A stretch of 64,000 nt of DNA from NCBI RefSeq assembly GCF_009834535.1, contig NC_045711.1, forward strand, positions 372,001 to 436,000. The letters run 5' to 3'. Below the pieces are notes generated by a model, which saw only the letters and a list, made by a program, of their open reading frames with translations, ran no database searches and was not told where the DNA came from. Made by a program: the position numbers and the translations under genes. The stretch's first letter is position 1. The number at the start of each line of letters is the position of its first letter. Shown one piece after another: positions 36,792 through 64,000 of the stretch. The stretch is from Camelus ferus (lineage: Eukaryota).

Positions 36792-59333
<22,542 letters not shown>

Positions 59334-59389
59334 CACGCAAGAGGGAGACTGGCAGGAGAAGCTAGAGGGGGGCAGCCAGTTGCTTCGCT

Positions 59390-60200
59390 GGCTTAAAAAG
59401 GGGCCGCAGTCCAGGGCGTCGGAGGGGGCGGTAGCAACTCCGCCCCCCACGTGGGGCCTCCCCGCGGCCCCGGGGCGGGGCCATCCCGCGGGGTCGGTGG
59501 GACAAGCCTGCCCCCAACTCTGCCTCCAGCCGGCGGCGGATGACGCCTGCGGACTCCAGCGCTTCGGGCGGGCCCTCCAGGAACAGCCTGAGTCCTGGCA
59601 CCTCCTGGCTCTCCAAGCCTTTCCTGCGGCGTCCTCGTCATCAAGCGCTCCCGAGGACGGCCAGGCGGGAGCAATCATTCATTCAGTCGGCCTGCTTGGA
59701 CGTGCTGCCCCTCTTCTGTATCCGCACCTGCCCTTCCCGGGTCCTGCCGGGGTCCCAAGTGAAAGTCCCCACCGGCTTCTGGGTCTTTCAGATCCATCTC
59801 CCCAACCTCTCCCTCCTTTTCAACTGGTTACTCCCGCTCCTCCCACCCCCATCCTGGAGGGGTCTCCCGCAGAGGCGATGACCCGCTGGGCACCCAGCGC
59901 CATCTGCTCCGCAGGCTTCCCCTGCCCCCGTCACCCTCTGCTTCCTCGCTGCGTCCGCGATGCTCTGGGCTCAGGACGCTTCCCCCCCGCGCGCGCCCTC
60001 TCCCACCCGGCGCATCTCGGGCGCTCTCCTCGCGGAGGAGGCGAGACGGCCGTCCTCCGCAGGCCGGGCGGCTTTCGCCCTCCAGCGGACACCCGCGCAG
60101 CCCTCAGACGTCCCGCTGGCACTGCGTGCGCCTCCCGGGGCGGGGGCGGACTGAGCCCCGGTCGCCGGTGCTGCCCGCCTGACCGAGGCAGCTACTGCCA
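59390..60200 (-). promoter_or_regulatory. SLC13A5 promoter CpG island
   Basis: TATA-like TTTTAA at 59393-59398 (about 60 nt before the ATG), GC box ggggcgggg at 59472-59480, CpG-rich blocks 59400-59700 and 59930-60200. Confidence 0.7.
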
Positions 60201-60339
60201 TTCTACAGGGCAAAGGCGGGTCCAGAGAGGAAGGGACTTAACCACGGCTACACTGTTCATTCAGCCCGCCGCCTGCGAACAAGAACCGAGCACCCATTCT
60301 GTGCTAAGCCCTGCTTTGTGTGCTCGAAGTACAAGGATG

Positions 60340-60860
60340 CAGGCACCACCACTCTGTCACTTTCTTCTTTCCTCCCTTCTCTGCCTGCCTGTCTTCTCAT
60401 TCTGCAGCTTTCTTTCGGGGTCTTACCCCTGTTTGTGGTTTAACCACAGCCTGCTCCTGATTGATTACCACCCTCTGTCTTTAACGCAACCCTGGTGCCA
60501 GAGTCTCAGATCTCTCTATTCCCAACCTTTTCCCGCCTAGATGTGCCTCAGGCCCTAAAACTCAACACACCCTCAATCAAGTTCACAAATCTCTTTCTGT
60601 GACCTCCACCTAAGGACACATATTCCCCCAGACCCTTCCTGCATCTGCCTTCCTTCTGTCCTCCCTCTTTGTAATTCTCATTCATCTAACCCTGGGTTTC
60701 CGCCCCCCTCTCCCCCATCCCAGGGCACTTAGCACGCTTTGAACCTATATATTTATTAGTGTGATTTTTATTTAATGTCTGTTTTATTCATCACCACATG
60801 TCCAACCAGCACCTTTTATAGTGCCCGATCCAGTGTTTGCATTCGAAATGTTTTTCTCTG
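60340..60860 (+). mobile_element. L2 fragment
   Basis: ctagatgtgcctcaggccctaaaactcaacacac...atagtgcccgatccagtgtttgcattcgaaatg. Confidence 0.55.
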
Positions 60861-60882
60861 GGATGTGTGAATGAGTGCAAGT

Positions 60883-61349
60883 TGACAATGAAAAATCAAG
60901 CAGTAGTCAATTTAGAAAGAAATAGAACTTTTATTTGAGCCAACCTGAGGATTAAAACCCAGGACCGTCTTGTAGAAAGCTCTGAAGACTGTTCTGCCTG
61001 CTAGAGGTCAAGCATACGTAAGTTTTTGAGACAAAGGGTTATACATCAAAGTAACATGTTGATGGTTTACACAGTCCAACAAGGCGAGTAGTGAGTTATT
61101 GTGACCCCTTACAGGATTGAGAAAGGAATGTTATCTTCTAAGGAGTCACCTTGCTGGCGTCAGGAGTTTTTGGCGGGGGGTGGGGGGGGCGGTTAGTAGG
61201 CATCCCTGTGTCTTCTAAGGGGATCTAGTTAATGTATGGCGCAGGTGCACAATGCACACTGCAGGGGAGGGAGGAGTGCCTCAAACTGGCAGAGAATTTT
61301 ATGTTTAAAATTTTTCTTGTCCTGCCTTAAAAGCAATTTTTTTCATTCA
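60883..61349 (-). mobile_element. ERV solo LTR (ERV1-like)
   Basis: TG...CA ends with short inverted termini (tgacaatgaaaaa / tgaatgaaaaaaa); AATAAA on minus near 60929-60934; caagt at both junctions. Confidence 0.6.
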
Positions 61350-61401
61350 AGTAAGCCATTTCCCTACAATAATACAATTCCCTACAAGAATACAATAATT
61401 C

Positions 61402-62193
61402 TTTTACTAAACTGAACTGAACTTGGATCCCCTTGTCCCGTCCAACACGCAGCAAAGCCAGTCTGATGGCGGGTTGTGGTGAGGGCAAGTACTGCGTCTA
61501 CTGCAGGCACCAAGCAAGGAGAACAGGCAGCTCATGCTCAAAACACCCAGACTCCCCCGTGGCTTGCAGGGAAGTCGTTTTTTTTTTTTTTTTTAAGGCA
61601 ACATTTGGGGTGAGGATTGCAGGTGACATGAATTTCTTCTGATTAGTTGGTAGTGGTGAGGTAACACGGTGGCGTTTGGGACTCTTTATTATCAAGTCTT
61701 TGGTTCCAGCCAGTCTGGGGTCTATGCACTGTGGTCAGCATGTATCACCCTCCTCCTCCTCCTCGATGGGGGTCGTAGTTCTTGCCCAACAACTCAAAGA
61801 TACGTGTCAGATTGTATGCGCATCCCAAGAGGAGAAACAAGTACTCTGTTTTATCGCTGAACTAGTGTTTCTTGACTGCTTTTCCTTTGTTTCTGCATTC
61901 CTTCATTAGTAACTGCTCGAGTCTGCTCTTTGGAACTCAAGGAAGGCATAGAAGACCAAAGCCTTTTTCTGTAAACAAGAAACAGACACAGAAGGCTTTT
62001 TTATTTTTTACCCAGGAGGGCCCCACGGGGTCCTGCTTGGTTTCAATCCCCCTTTTCTTTGCTCCTCCTCAATTCTGAGGGGAACAGGGGGAGGATAAGA
62101 AAGAAAATAGAGTTTTGGATAGAAAGGTTAATCATAAACTCTGCAGGGGAACTCAGTTTTAGGGGAACTCAGTTTTAGGGGAACTCGATTTCA
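61402..62193 (-). mobile_element. Second ERV LTR (about 61402-62045) with adjacent polypurine tract and internal remnant
   Basis: Minus strand reads ...aaagaaaaagggggat|TGaaaccaagcaggacccc (PPT abutting the LTR start); body gcagcaaagccagtctgatggcgggttgtggtgagggc resembles laurasiatherian ERV LTRs. Confidence 0.6.
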
Positions 62194-62204
62194 CTTTGAA
62201 GAGG

Positions 62205-62435
62205 GTTTACATGCTTGGAGCACAGGCTCTGGATCTAGACTGCCTGGATGCCTGTCCTGGTCCTGTCTCATCCTGGCTGGGCGCCCTGTCAACTTGTCCT
62301 CTCTGAGCTTATTTTTTTTTCACAAATAACACCAACTTTGATTTCAGAAGTTTGTTTTGAAGATTATATGAGTTAATGCTCAGAGAATGCTTAACAGTGC
62401 TCTGGCATATTGTAAGCAAGCAGTAAATATTTGCT
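62205..62435 (+). mobile_element. MIR
   Basis: ggagcacaggctctggatctagactgcctgg...gaagattatatgagttaatgctcagagaatgcttaacagtgctctggcatattgtaagc. Confidence 0.7.
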
Positions 62436-62639
62436 CTTGCAATTATATGCAAAATACTCTGAGTGTTAGGAACAATGGGGGAAGGCTTCACGGAGGAGGT
62501 GGCATCTGAGCTGAGACTTCAAGGTTGAGTAAAAATTTGCCAGGCAGCCGTGGGAGGCTAGTCAAGATCACACTGGATGAAAGCGTTCAAATCACTGAGA
62601 AAAATCTCGAGATAATTCAGGAATACAGGAGACTAAAGT

Positions 62640-64000
62640 GTAACTATGACAAAAAAAAAAAGCTAATAAATGGAAAGATTATACCAAGTTCATGGATAGG
62701 AAGACTAAACATTGTAAAGATATTCATTCCTCTCAAATTAATCTATAAATTCATTTCACTTCCAATTAAAATCTCAACAGAATTCTTATTTGACAAGCTA
62801 AATCTAAAGTTCAAAAACTTTTGCAAGGATCCAAGAATAGTTAAGACACTTTTGGAGAAGTGAGGGGAAATTGCCTATCAGAATTCAAGACTCACAAATT
62901 GATGGTAATTGATGTAATTATTAACTATTGGCATGAAGATAGAAAAATAGATCAGTAGCATAAAATAAAGAGCCTAGAAATTGATTCACACTTACATGGA
63001 AACTTGATGCACAAGAGGGTTTGCATGGACCATCCAGTGCTACTGGCAGCTGCTGGACTAGACTAATTCGTTTTTTAGCAGTAGAGACATTTTTCCTTCA
63101 CTAAATATGTTACATACATAAGAAAAGTTTGATCATAATATGTTATAAATTAATAAAGTTATTTCTGATTTTTTAATTCACGAGTCATTTAATTATTCCC
63201 AAGTCTCATCAGTTGAAATGGGAGTTTAATTGATACATGCAAATTTATTTACCAAAAAATACTAACAAAGTACGGGTGAGGACGTATAGCATTCATTGCT
63301 GGTGGGAATATCAGATAGTACAGACGCTCTGAAAAATAGTGTGGCAGTTTCTCATAGAGCTAAAATACATTCACCGTACAACCCAGCATCCCACTCCTGG
63401 GGATTTATGGTAGAGAAGTGAAAATCTATGTTCACACAAAGACCTATATGTGAATGTTTGGAGAAATTTTACTTGTAATGGTCCCAAGCTAAAAACAGTC
63501 CACACGTCCTTCAGCGAGTGAGTGGAGAAACAGACTGGGCTCCATCCACACAGTGGAGTACCACTCAGCAGTAAAAAAATAACGTACTTGGATGGATCTT
63601 GAAGGGCATTATGCTGAGTGAAAAAAGCCGGTCGCAAAAGGTTACACAAATGGTATTATGCCATTTATATAACATCTTGTAAGTCAGAAAATTAGAGGGA
63701 GGCAGAACAGGACAGTGGTTGCCAGCAGTTAGGGTTGGGGGAAGATGTGACTATAAAAAAGGTGACTGATGGCCACACCAATCTATACAGGTGATAATGC
63801 TTCATAGAACTACACACACACACACTCACACACACACATACATTGTGCTTGTTAAAAATCATTGAATCCAAATAAAATCTGTAGTTGAGCTGTAGGATTG
63901 CACCATTGTCAGCTTCCTGCTTTTAATAACACACTATGGCCATGTGGAATGCTGTACTGGGGCAGTCTGAAGAATGGTACCTCAGAACTCTGTACTATTT
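62640..64000 (+). mobile_element. Old L1M fragments (degenerate ORF2 piece and 3' end)
   Basis: ORF 62525-62863 reads NGKIIPSSWIGRLNIVKIFIPLKLIYKFISLPIKI, a decayed L1 ORF2 segment; caccgtacaacccagcatcccactcctggggattta L1MB-like 3' end; (CA)n at about 63810-63842. Confidence 0.75.

Noticed and set aside
59380-60540. 386-aa + strand ORF antisense to the SLC13A5 promoter
   Set aside because: TTG start, spans a CpG island and runs into L2-derived sequence; low-complexity translation

Overview
Mammalian genomic DNA, most likely a camelid, judged from two tRNA-derived SINEs resembling the camelid Vic-1 family. Gene order matches my recollection of human 17p13 (KIAA0753 5' end - TXNDC17 - MED31 - C17orf100 - SLC13A5). 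Complete CDSs reconstructed by hand with GT-AG introns: TXNDC17 (+, 4 exons, 123 aa), MED31 (-, 4 exons, 131 aa), C17orf100 (+, intronless, 125 aa) and SLC13A5/NaCT (-, 12 exons, 569 aa). The most striking unexplained feature is an uninterrupted intronless 1164-aa ORF (-, 1430-4924) built from about 20 degenerate G-x-x-P-G-L-W-G-R-R-Q repeats, just downstream of the TXNDC17 bidirectional CpG promoter where KIAA0753 intron 1 is expected. Other notable items: a 36-nt 5' half of tRNA-Gly(GCC) retroposed with a target-site duplication, a 1-nt insertion that rewrites the SLC13A5 C-terminus, a perfect RFX X-box, and an ERV LTR cluster upstream of SLC13A5. The rest is ancient repeats (L1M, L2, MIR, MER20, MER5A, MLT1) and one 130-N gap. 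Gene and repeat family names come from remembered sequences, not database searches, and repeat boundaries are approximate unless a TSD is quoted.
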